Positions 55,760 through 64,000 of a stretch of DNA of 64,000 bases are shown piece after piece. Made by a program: the position numbers and the translations under genes. Position 1 is the first letter of the stretch, and the number at the start of each line of letters is the position of its first letter. Source of the DNA: Escherichia coli (GTDB lineage: Bacteria; Pseudomonadota; Gammaproteobacteria; Enterobacterales; Enterobacteriaceae); assembly GCF_003334385.1 (NCBI RefSeq), contig NZ_QOWN01000018.1; one strand, 5' to 3'. The notes under the pieces are model-generated. The model was not told where the DNA came from, made no database searches, and was given only the letters and a program-made list of their open reading frames with translations.

Positions 55760-56671
55760 ATGTATTACGGGTTTGATATTGGTGGAACAAAAATTGCGCT
55801 TGGCGTGTTTGATAGCGGTCGGCAGTTGCAGTGGGAAAAGCGGGTGCCGACACCGCGTGACAGCTATGACGCATTTTTAGATGCAGTGTGTGAGCTGGTA
55901 GCTGAAGCTGACCAACGTTTTGGCTGTAAAGGTTCTGTCGGCATCGGTATTCCGGGAATGCCGGAAACAGAAGATGGTACGCTGTATGCCGCCAATGTCC
56001 CCGCTGCCAGCGGTAAACCGCTGCGTGCCGACCTGAGCGCACGTCTTGATCGCGATGTACGCCTTGATAACGATGCCAACTGTTTTGCCCTTTCAGAAGC
56101 CTGGGATGATGAATTTACTCAATATCCACTGGTGATGGGGTTGATTCTCGGCACCGGTGTTGGCGGCGGGCTGATTTTCAACGGCAAACCGATTACCGGT
56201 AAAAGCTACATTACCGGCGAGTTTGGCCATATGCGTCTGCCGGTTGATGCGTTAACCATGATGGGGTTGGATTTCCCGTTACGCCGCTGCGGCTGTGGTC
56301 AGCATGGCTGCATTGAAAATTATCTGTCTGGTCGCGGTTTTGCGTGGCTGTATCAACACTATTATCATCAACCGTTGCAGGCTCCCGAAATTATTGCGCT
56401 TTATGATCAAGGCGATGAGCAGGCAAGGGCGCACGTTGAGCGTTATCTGGATTTATTAGCGGTTTGTCTGGGAAATATCCTGACCATCGTTGACCCTGAC
56501 CTGGTCGTCATTGGTGGTGGCTTATCGAATTTCCCGGCAATCACAACGCAACTGGCGGACAGGCTGCCTCGTCATCTCTTACCTGTAGCTCGTGTTCCGC
56601 GCATTGAACGCGCGCGCCACGGTGATGCGGGAGGAATGCGTGGTGCGGCCTTCCTACATCTAACCGATTAA
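55760..56671 (+). CDS. nagK: N-acetyl-D-glucosamine kinase
   Basis: ORF 55700-56671; start at [18 protein letters not shown] (ROK family), 303 aa. Confidence 0.94.
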
Positions 56672-56686
56672 ACAACAGAGGTTGCT

Positions 56687-57526
56687 ATGCTGTCGCGTCG
56701 GGGTCATCGGTTAAGTCGTTTTCGTAAAAATAAACGCCGCCTGCGCGAGCGTTTGCGTCAGCGTATTTTTTTCAGAGATAAAGTGGTGCCGGAAGCAATG
56801 GAAAAACCAAGAGTACTCGTACTGACAGGGGCAGGAATTTCTGCGGAATCAGGTATTCGTACCTTTCGCGCCGCAGATGGCCTGTGGGAAGAACATCGGG
56901 TTGAAGATGTGGCAACGCCGGAAGGTTTCGATCGCGATCCTGAACTGGTGCAAGCGTTTTATAACGCCCGTCGTCGACAGCTGCAGCAGCCAGAAATTCA
57001 GCCTAACGCCGCGCATCTTGCGCTGGCTAAACTGCAAGACGCCCTCGGCGATCGCTTTTTGCTGGTGACGCAGAATATCGACAACCTGCATGAACGCGCA
57101 GGTAATACCAATGTGATTCATATGCATGGGGAACTGCTGAAAGTGCGTTGTTCACAAAGTGGTCAGGTTCTCGACTGGACAGGAGACGTTACCCCAGAAG
57201 ATAAATGCCATTGTTGCCAGTTTCCGGCACCCTTGCGCCCGCACGTAGTGTGGTTTGGCGAAATGCCACTCGGCATGGATGAAATTTATATGGCGTTGTC
57301 GATGGCCGATATTTTCATTGCCATTGGCACATCCGGGCATGTTTATCCGGCGGCTGGGTTTGTTCACGAAGCGAAACTGCATGGCGCGCACACCGTGGAA
57401 CTGAATCTTGAACCGAGTCAGGTTGGTAATGAATTTGCCGAGAAATATTACGGCCCGGCAAGCCAGGTGGTGCCTGAGTTTGTTGAAAAGTTGCTGAAGG
57501 GATTAAAAGCGGGAAGCATTGCCTGA
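56687..57526 (+). CDS. cobB: NAD-dependent protein deacylase CobB (sirtuin), long isoform
   Basis: 279 aa ORF; Arg-rich N-terminal extension then sirtuin core [10 protein letters not shown]...; internal alternative start at [11 protein letters not shown] (56798). Confidence 0.93.
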   Translation: MLSRRGHRLSRFRKNKRRLRERLRQRIFFRDKVVPEAMEKPRVLVLTGAGISAESGIRTFRAADGLWEEHRVEDVATPEGFDRDPELVQAFYNARRRQLQQPEIQPNAAHLALAKLQDALGDRFLLVTQNIDNLHERAGNTNVIHMHGELLKVRCSQSGQVLDWTGDVTPEDKCHCCQFPAPLRPHVVWFGEMPLGMDEIYMALSMADIFIAIGTSGHVYPAAGFVHEAKLHGAHTVELNLEPSQVGNEFAEKYYGPASQVVPEFVEKLLKGLKAGSIA

Positions 57527-57620
57527 TGCACTACGCTTATCAGGCCTGCAAGGGGACGCAATTAATTGAATTTGCGGGTTTTGTGGGCCGGATAAGGCGT
57601 TCGCGCCCCATCCGGCATAA
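57520..57620. repeat. BIME (two REP units) between cobB and ycfZ
   Basis: gcctgatgcactacgcttatcaggc and gggccggataaggcgttcgcgccccatccggc. Confidence 0.8.
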
Positions 57621-57645
57621 TACACGCGCACTTTTCCGGCCTCTT

Positions 57646-58434
57646 TTATCGTTTACTCGTCAATAACAATGCGGCAATAAACGTACAGACACCAATTAGC
57701 CCTGCCCAGAGTGGCGATATTCTGGTAATCGCAAAGCTATTATCGATATACAAACATAAAGCCTGATAACCCATATTGGCAATAGTCATCGCCACTGCAA
57801 ATTTTAACGCATAAATAAAACGAGTCGTGTAGTAAAAGATCCTGGAAAATAAGATAAACGTCGCAGCCCAGGCGATAAAACCTAATGTGTTGGTGCTGCC
57901 GGGGGGAGCATTTTCATGCTGTTGTCCTGGATGCGGATAATACGTTAGTGGCGGCGTCGATTGTTTTAATATCTGTGCTTGTAGAACAGCCAATGCATTA
58001 TTGATTCCCTGATACCAGAGATCTGCATTTAAATAAGCCAGCGTGTGATTTTCTATCAGAAGGCCGAGATGTTTATCGTCCAGACCACTTTCAACCTGGC
58101 CGTTGGTGATCATAATTAACCGTGGTTCGCGGGTAGTAAATAGTAACAGAACACTTCCTTTTACATCACTCAATGAAGATGACGCATGCGCCAGCATCGC
58201 TTTACCATTTTGTCTGAGACTGGCTTCATTATTAATGTCGGGTAAAACCACAATAAACGGTGCAATTCCCGTTTGTTGGCGAAAAAGCTCGGCTTTATGC
58301 GCGATCTCTTCAGCATCTGGTACAGTACCGGTAACGTCCGTAAAAAGTGTCTTCATTATTGGAATTAATGGCTTGCTGGCTGCTGTCAGAGGCAGGAGTA
58401 TCAGTAAACTGAGCAGTATAATGAATTTTTTCAT
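57646..58434 (-). CDS. ycfZ: inner membrane protein YcfZ
   Basis: 262 aa [25 protein letters not shown]...; 4-bp overlap with ymfA stop. Confidence 0.88.
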
Positions 58435-58892
58435 GGGCGGGACTTCCGTTTCCTGCGTGATTTTTTAGAGGAGGGCATACTTATTAATAAACCGACGGCG
58501 ATAAAAATAACGCCCATAATGCCGATAAACCCCCATTTAAAAAAATTAACCCACGGGTTATTTATCTCAGCCTTTTCAGGATGCCCGGGAGAATAATAAA
58601 CATTAACTTTATCGCCTTCGCTGTCTTCATAAAAATCGCTGCCGATACTCGAATTGAAAATTAGCGTGTAATCTGGCGTCGGTCGAAAGGCAACGACGGG
58701 ATACCACGAACCATCTTTACCCGTGCGATGAGAATGACTGGAGTGCCAGACGGTATCAACAATGACGCCTTCGGTATGAATCGCGTCTTTGCTATAGGTG
58801 AACTGGTTATAAAAGACAACAACAGAAATGAGGATCAGTACCAGACCGATACCGAGGAATATACGAAAGAAAACTTTACTGTCCTGACTCAT
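58431..58892 (-). CDS. ymfA: DUF3592 inner membrane protein YmfA
   Basis: ORF 58431-58901; start at [16 protein letters not shown] (153 aa). Confidence 0.88.
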
Positions 58893-58949
58893 TAGCCACA
58901 TCCTTGCTAACTAAAAAACGGGCGGTAATACCACCGCCCGCTTGCTGAA

Positions 58950-59996
58950 TTAACGTCCTGCTTTCAGCTTCTGATAATACTCTTCATAAATGCTGCTGGC
59001 TGCGCCAACGTCATTCTGCCATTCGCCATTTTTAATGGTTTCAGCATCCGGGTAGAGTGTTTTATCGTTCGCCACTTCTGGACTTAACAGCTTACGCGCC
59101 GCAAGGTTTGGCGTTGGATAACCGATAGTTTCAGCAACCTGTTTTGCCACATCCGGGCGCAGCAGGAAGTTGATCAATTTCAGCGCGCCTTCTTTGTTTT
59201 TGGCATTTGCCGGGATCGCCAGGCTGTCCATCCAGAAAATGCCGCCTTCTTTCGGCCACACCACGTCAATTGGCGTACCCGCCTGGCGTGCAACGAAAGC
59301 AGAACCGTTCCAGATCATGCCGAGGTTAACTTCGCCTTCCATGTACGGGTTCGCCGGGTTATCGGAGTTAAAGGCTGCCACGTTTGGCATCAGTTTTTTC
59401 AGCTCGTTATATGCAGCTTCAATCTCTTTCGGATCGGTGGTGTTACCGGAGTAGCCCAGCTTACGCAGCGCCATCTGGAACACTTCACGGGCATCGTCGG
59501 TCAACAGCAGGCTGCCTTTGTACTCTGGCTTCCACAGATCGGCCCAGCTGGTGACAGATTTCGGATCCACCGCATCACCGTTAACACCAATCGCCGTCGC
59601 ACCCCAGATATACGGAATGGAGTAGTCGTTATTCGGGTCAAAAGGCTTGTTGAGCATGTCTGGATCGAGATTGCTGAAGTTTGTTAACTTCGACTTGTCG
59701 ATCTTCTGGATCATCCCTTCTTTACGCATTTTATCAACGTAATAGGTTGAAGGAACCACCAGATCATAGGCACCGTCTTTGTATGTTTTCAGCTTGGCGT
59801 ACATGGTTTCGTTCGACTCGTAAGTCGAATAGATAACCTTAATACCGGTTTCTTTGGTGAACTGTTCAAGCAGTCCTGGCGGCACGTACTCGGTCCAGTT
59901 GTAGAAATACAGCGTGTTGTTGTCATCGGCGTGAGCGGCGCTCATGCCCAGTGCCAGAGCACCCGCCGCGAGCAGGTGGCGTGACCATTTTTTCAT
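58950..59996 (-). CDS. potD: spermidine/putrescine ABC transporter periplasmic binding protein PotD
   Basis: 348 aa ORF with signal peptide MKKWSRHLLAAGALALGMSAAHA. Confidence 0.96.
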   Translation of the reverse strand: MKKWSRHLLAAGALALGMSAAHADDNNTLYFYNWTEYVPPGLLEQFTKETGIKVIYSTYESNETMYAKLKTYKDGAYDLVVPSTYYVDKMRKEGMIQKIDKSKLTNFSNLDPDMLNKPFDPNNDYSIPYIWGATAIGVNGDAVDPKSVTSWADLWKPEYKGSLLLTDDAREVFQMALRKLGYSGNTTDPKEIEAAYNELKKLMPNVAAFNSDNPANPYMEGEVNLGMIWNGSAFVARQAGTPIDVVWPKEGGIFWMDSLAIPANAKNKEGALKLINFLLRPDVAKQVAETIGYPTPNLAARKLLSPEVANDKTLYPDAETIKNGEWQNDVGAASSIYEEYYQKLKAGR

Positions 59997-60787
59997 TTAA
60001 CGTCCCCTGTGTTACCTTTCGTTTTATCACGAGCAATAAGCTGGCTGGCAATAACCATCACCAGCGACAGCACCAGTAATATGGTTGCCAGCGCGTTAAC
60101 TTCCGGCGATACGCCGACTTTGACCATCGAATAAATTTTTAACGGCAGAATTTCATAACTTGGTCCGGTGACGAACGAAGAAACTACCACATCGTCCATC
60201 GACAGGGTAAAGCTTAACACCCAGCCCGCCGCCACCGCTGGCATTGCCAGTGGCAGAATGATTTTTCGCAGAATGGTAAATTCGCTGGCACCGAGATCTT
60301 TCGCCGCTTCCAGCATTCGCACGTCAAAACCTTTCAGGCGCGAATACACCGTCACCACCACAAATGGCAGGCAGAAGGTGATATGCGAGAACAGCAGCGA
60401 CCAGAAGCCAAGCTGAATACCCAGCAGCATAAACAGCACCAGCAGCGAAATCGCCATCACGATATCTGGTGACATCATCACCACAAACAGCATTCCGCTA
60501 ACGAACGGCTTACCACGAAAGCGATAACGGTACAGCGCAACTGCCGTCAGTGAACCGATAAGCGTAGCAAACGTCGCCGAAAACACCGCCATTGTTAGTG
60601 AATGCTGCGCTGCCTGTAACAGGCTGTCGTTGTTCATCAGCAGGCTATACCATTTGGTGGTAAAACCCTGCCAGTTGATGCCAAAGCGCGAGCTGTTAAA
60701 GGAGTTCACAATCAAAATAATGATTGGGATATACAGGTACGCGTAGATAGCGGTCATAAAACCGCCGCGAAGCAGTCGACCGATCAT
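59993..60787 (-). CDS. potC: spermidine/putrescine ABC transporter permease PotC
   Basis: 264 aa ORF MIGRLLRGGFMTAIYAYLYIPIIILIVNSF...; 4-bp overlap with potD. Confidence 0.96.
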   Translation of the reverse strand: MIGRLLRGGFMTAIYAYLYIPIIILIVNSFNSSRFGINWQGFTTKWYSLLMNNDSLLQAAQHSLTMAVFSATFATLIGSLTAVALYRYRFRGKPFVSGMLFVVMMSPDIVMAISLLVLFMLLGIQLGFWSLLFSHITFCLPFVVVTVYSRLKGFDVRMLEAAKDLGASEFTILRKIILPLAMPAVAAGWVLSFTLSMDDVVVSSFVTGPSYEILPLKIYSMVKVGVSPEVNALATILLVLSLVMVIASQLIARDKTKGNTGDVK

Positions 60788-60810
60788 TCGAGTTCCACCT
60801 TCTTATTCAT
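60784..60810 (-). pseudogene. potB: potB 3'-terminal remnant (last ~8 codons, ...MNKKVELE-stop overlapping potC ATG); rest of potB replaced by prophage DNA
   Basis: Minus-strand frame upstream of potC reads MNKKVELE then TGA overlapping potC ATG (cgaATGAtc); further upstream the same frame is non-PotB-like and hits a stop at 60904-60906. PotB C-terminus recalled from memory as ...NKKVELE. Confidence 0.5.
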
Positions 60811-60953
60811 AAGGTGGAGCACTTTCAGGATTTTGAATTTATTCAATTTTTTCCTTTCTCCAAAATCTCTCCAAAACTTTTCCCCAAAACAAGGCCACGC
60901 ATTTTACAACACTTTTTTCCTGAGATGGTGACGGATATTCCATATGGTGTTTG
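60788..60953. other. probable attL region (prophage/chromosome junction) containing potB tail, potC RBS and A-tract repeats
   Basis: Interval between int stop codon and potC start; potB identity is lost upstream of ~60810; the core cannot be delimited without attR. Confidence 0.45.
60855..60892. repeat. three phased tccaaaa / ccccaaaa A-tract repeats (~11-13 bp spacing) in the attL arm
   Basis: ctccaaaatctctccaaaacttttccccaaaac; helical-repeat spacing typical of intrinsically bent DNA or arm-type/IHF sites in lambdoid att arms. Confidence 0.4.
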
Positions 60954-62072
60954 TCAAATAACCAACTTAACCCATTCCTGACCTCGAGTATCGTTATAGC
61001 GATCGGTGGTAGCCTGGACTTTATGTCCCAGTAATGTTTTTGTATCGACACCCTGTGCGCGGTACAACCGTTCTGACAGGGAGCGTTGTTCATGAAATGT
61101 TGGCGGTGTTTTTCCTGCTGGTGGAATTATTCCAGCCAGATCTCGCGCTTTGGCGAAGTAATCGCTCAGGTTGTCTTTACTCATCGGTTTTGGTTGTTTC
61201 TGGTGCCTACTATGGATTAGGTATGGACTCAACATTCTGTCCCTGCATCCATCAATAACTTCTTTTAACGATACCCCAATTTCATCGCATCGTAGCGTAA
61301 GAGGTAAGGCCAGACGCATTCCGGTTTTTCCTTGGGTTATATGTAGATGTCCATTCCATACATCTGAAAAACGCATGTGGCAAATGTCATCACGGCGCTG
61401 ACCAGTAACAATCGCAAGAAGCATTGCGTTACGGATAAAGTGTTTTTCTGGCGTTGCATTATAAATTTTTTGCCAGTCTTCCAGGGTGAGTCTGGATCTG
61501 GTCACTTTAGGGATCGGTTTACGGGTAGCCTCCAGAGGATTCCATCCAGGAGGAACTTCTCCCGCATGCTGTGCTTCTTTATAAATATCAACCCATAATC
61601 CGCGATTTACTCTTGCTGTGCTGACCATGTCTTTATCCATCCACTCGTCCAGTATTAATGCAAAGTCTCTTACCTCCAGTTCTTTCAATGGGTGGTTTCC
61701 CAGGCGGGAAACCAGGTATGCAGCCATTCGCACTTTTTCTTTGTGGGTTGTAGCTGCAATGTCTCCATTTTTCAGTCGCGAATCCTGTATTTTCAGATAT
61801 CGATCAACCCATGCCTTTAATCTGATACCCCGACGTTTTGTTGCTGATGGACTTTCATCAATTTTGCGCATGAAATATTCTGCTTCTGCTGCAGCTATTC
61901 GCTGATTGGCTGTTGCAGCGATTTTTTCTGCCTTGACTTTGTCTGTCCCAAGTCCGTGAAATTTTCCAGTCACAGGATTTTTATACTGGTAGTAAACCTT
62001 GCCAGTTCTGCGATCAAACTTTTCGTAAAGAGCTGCTACGTCAGTACTGTTTTTTCGTGGCCTCGGTGACAT
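60954..62072 (-). CDS. int: lambda-family tyrosine integrase
   Basis: 372 aa ORF; C-terminus ...FHEQRSLSERLYRAQGVDTKTLLGHKVQATTDRYNDTRGQEWVKLVI closely parallels lambda Int catalytic tail (H-x-x-R, catalytic Tyr); N-terminal arm-binding-like domain. Confidence 0.9.
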   Translation of the reverse strand: MSPRPRKNSTDVAALYEKFDRRTGKVYYQYKNPVTGKFHGLGTDKVKAEKIAATANQRIAAAEAEYFMRKIDESPSATKRRGIRLKAWVDRYLKIQDSRLKNGDIAATTHKEKVRMAAYLVSRLGNHPLKELEVRDFALILDEWMDKDMVSTARVNRGLWVDIYKEAQHAGEVPPGWNPLEATRKPIPKVTRSRLTLEDWQKIYNATPEKHFIRNAMLLAIVTGQRRDDICHMRFSDVWNGHLHITQGKTGMRLALPLTLRCDEIGVSLKEVIDGCRDRMLSPYLIHSRHQKQPKPMSKDNLSDYFAKARDLAGIIPPAGKTPPTFHEQRSLSERLYRAQGVDTKTLLGHKVQATTDRYNDTRGQEWVKLVI

Positions 62073-62310
62073 GGGTTAAAATCTCCTTCAGTGCGTCATC
62101 ATCGCCAGTATGAATTTCCGGCGCAATTCCAGCTTCACCCGGTCCAACAAAGACTGCGCGGCGATCTATTAGCCAGCGACCACGAATTTTTTGTGGTCTT
62201 GGTACGATGTATCCAAGTTTTCCGTATTTCACCAGGGTAGTGTTTGTTATTGGGAGACTGAACCGCTTAGGTTTCCACTCGTCGAGCGTAATCAGGTACT
62301 GTTCGCTCAT
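62041..62310 (-). CDS. xis: excisionase (Xis-like winged-helix DNA-binding protein)
   Basis: 89 aa from ATG at 62310 (MSEQYLITLDEWKPKRF..., compare lambda Xis MYLTLQEWNARQ); directly upstream of and overlapping int by ~30 nt, as in lambda. Confidence 0.7.
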   Translation of the reverse strand: MSEQYLITLDEWKPKRFSLPITNTTLVKYGKLGYIVPRPQKIRGRWLIDRRAVFVGPGEAGIAPEIHTGDDDALKEILTHVTEATKKQY

Positions 62311-62371
62311 GACCATCACTCCGGAACGCGCCAGTTGCAGAATACCAACTACAACCGGCGACGGTTGAACA

Positions 62372-64000
62372 TTAAAAATCAGCCTGATTCGGGAACAGTT
62401 TTTGCCAGATAGCTGAAACGTATTTTGCCTGGTAACGCGCATCGTGCAGGGCATTATGGCGTTCACCCTCAAATGTGATGACACTTCGAGCATCGAAATC
62501 CATCACCAGCCCCAGGGCAACAATCGTTCTTACATCACGATCATTGGTGTAACGCCACGGGCAGGGGATCTCCTGCCGTTCATATGAACGGCGTAAAATC
62601 ACGTTGTCGAAGTTGGCTCCATTTCCCCAGACCTGAACAAAAAATTCACCGGAGTTTTCGTCGATAAATTCCCGTAATTGCAACAGTGCGTCATCCAACG
62701 GGATTTCATCGGTCAGAATGGCTGATTGTGCTTCCCGTGACTGTTTCAGCCACCACTTAATGGTGTCCCGATCGATGACTCCGCCTGCGGTTTCCAGATC
62801 GATAGTTTTGCTGAATTCTGGCCCCATCTCTCCGGTTGCCGGATCAAAAAACTTACCGGCCAGAGAGTTTATTGGCGCATCAGGATTTTTGCCCATTGTT
62901 TCAAGGTCAATCATCAGATGGTGCCACAACCTGCTGGTGGATGTGATAATGTGATGACCGTTCACCGTAATTAAGGGATCTGCCGTCTCGCCAGTTTCAC
63001 TATCGCTGGCGTGATCCTGAGCGCTGCCAGCATTCTCCTTGTGTGGATGTTCAGCGCCTTCCATTTCCTTCGGATCATTTTCCTGAACTTCAACCTGATT
63101 CTCTTCATCGAATGTTTCTTGGTATGTTGCGTCGCCCATCACCGCGCCACAATCAGGGCAGTTGCCGCCGCCGGTCTGACCGCAGGCGGTGCAGATCTTT
63201 TCCGGTTCCTGTTGCACTACTGGTTCAGGTTGTTTCGTTTCTGGCTCGTTTTGTAACGCATTTGGACTGTTTTGTTCCGCTTTCTGGTCGTTCTGTTCCG
63301 ATTCTTGCTGGTTCTGGTTTACAGAATCGCGGGTTTCAATCCCCTTTACCCATTTCGGATCATTCGGGTCGCTAATCCCTGCAACAAATTCTCCGCGAGA
63401 GGCAGCAAGCAACTTATCGGCGTCAGGCTGGCTGATATTGGCTGCCTGCATAATTTTGTTTACTTCGTCAGCGGTAACTTTTACCGGCTCTGGTTGTGCG
63501 GTCGTGTCAGATGCACCAGTATTTTGTTGTGAACCTGAGTACGTGCCGTTTTTACGTGCGAAGTATTCCTCTTTTGTGATTTCCGTAGCTCCCAAGGCTA
63601 GTGCTTTTTCCAGACCAGAAAGTTTGTTTGCGCGACCGTATTTTTCGCCATCCTTGTCGGTGAAGAGGAAGTAGAACGGCCCCTCACGCTCTACAGATGG
63701 TTCAACTTCCACTTTGCATTCGGTTTTTTCGTTGCCCGGAATTGCCGTTTCCACTGCATCAGTTTCTGGTACTGGCGACGAGAGAGTATCAGTTGCGCTC
63801 TGATTTCTTCCTTCATCTTCAAACACGCCCTTTGTAGTCAGGTATTCAGTAATGTATTTGTTCAGTGCCACAGGGTCTTTGTGAATGTCGATCGGACGTT
63901 CACGGACAAGGCCAAAAATAGTCTGGCGGTCGTAGCGAAGGGCATCAGGCTGTTTGCGCATTGATGCCGAGATACGCTTCCAGTCTTCGCGGTCGTTGTC
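62372..64000 (-). CDS. phage modular protein with C-terminal DEDDh (DnaQ-like) 3'-5' exonuclease domain; N-terminal part runs off window (frame open to 64000)
   Basis: Continuous minus-strand frame with no stop to the window edge; exo motifs I (LMIDLETMG), II (WGNGANFDNV), III (HNALHDARYQA); C-x2-C-x7-C-x2-C zinc ribbon (ICTACGQTGGGNCPDCG); acidic/Gln-rich low-complexity linker. Confidence 0.75.
   Translation of the reverse strand, partial: DNDREDWKRISASMRKQPDALRYDRQTIFGLVRERPIDIHKDPVALNKYITEYLTTKGVFEDEGRNQSATDTLSSPVPETDAVETAIPGNEKTECKVEVEPSVEREGPFYFLFTDKDGEKYGRANKLSGLEKALALGATEITKEEYFARKNGTYSGSQQNTGASDTTAQPEPVKVTADEVNKIMQAANISQPDADKLLAASRGEFVAGISDPNDPKWVKGIETRDSVNQNQQESEQNDQKAEQNSPNALQNEPETKQPEPVVQQEPEKICTACGQTGGGNCPDCGAVMGDATYQETFDEENQVEVQENDPKEMEGAEHPHKENAGSAQDHASDSETGETADPLITVNGHHIITSTSRLWHHLMIDLETMGKNPDAPINSLAGKFFDPATGEMGPEFSKTIDLETAGGVIDRDTIKWWLKQSREAQSAILTDEIPLDDALLQLREFIDENSGEFFVQVWGNGANFDNVILRRSYERQEIPCPWRYTNDRDVRTIVALGLVMDFDARSVITFEGERHNALHDARYQAKYVSAIWQKLFPNQADF

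Larger units (their letters stand above)
60811..64000 (-). mobile_element. left end of a lambdoid prophage (int-xis-exonuclease module) integrated at the 3' end of potB; extends beyond window
   Basis: Core gene order stops after potC; int, xis and a phage-type nuclease follow in the canonical lambdoid arrangement and orientation. Confidence 0.8.

Noticed and set aside
60839-61093. 84-aa minus-strand ORF between int and potC
   Set aside because: Overlaps the int 3' end in another frame and then crosses the att arm; it is not in the potB frame (the potB-frame remnant is only ~8 codons) and has no RBS; likely non-coding att-arm DNA.
61034-61905. Several 60-95 aa plus-strand ORFs
   Set aside because: All lie antisense within the integrase gene; none has features of a real gene.
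62718-63674. Several 78-161 aa plus-strand ORFs
   Set aside because: All lie antisense within the exonuclease-domain gene; Cys/Phe-rich reverse-frame artefacts.

Overview
This window is an Escherichia coli K-12-like chromosomal segment that is almost entirely well-characterised core genome, ending in the left arm of a lambdoid prophage inserted at the 3' end of potB. Gene calls rest on recognising the translated ORFs and their order, not on any database search. Gene order: yceB (partial), grxB, mdtH, rimJ, yceH, yceM, murJ; flagellar flgN-flgM-flgA (minus) and flgBCDEFGHIJKL (plus); rne; rluC; yceF, yceD-rpmF-plsX-fabH-fabD-fabG-acpP-fabF; pabC-mltG-tmk-holB-ycfH; ptsG; fhuE; hinT-ycfL-lpoB-thiK-nagZ-ycfP; ndh; ycfJ; comR; bhsA; ldtC; mfd; ycfT; lolC-lolD-lolE-nagK-cobB; ycfZ-ymfA; potD-potC. 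From about 60.8 kb the core stops: only about 8 codons of potB remain, followed by a lambda-family integrase, an excisionase, and a large modular protein with a C-terminal DnaQ-like (DEDDh) 3'-5' exonuclease domain that runs off the window edge. I found no CRISPR array, tRNA, rRNA or IS element. I see no convincing undescribed system in the core part; the only accessory DNA is the last ~3.2 kb, and its most interesting content is the exonuclease-domain protein and the potB junction. All long ORFs antisense to known genes were judged to be artefacts.
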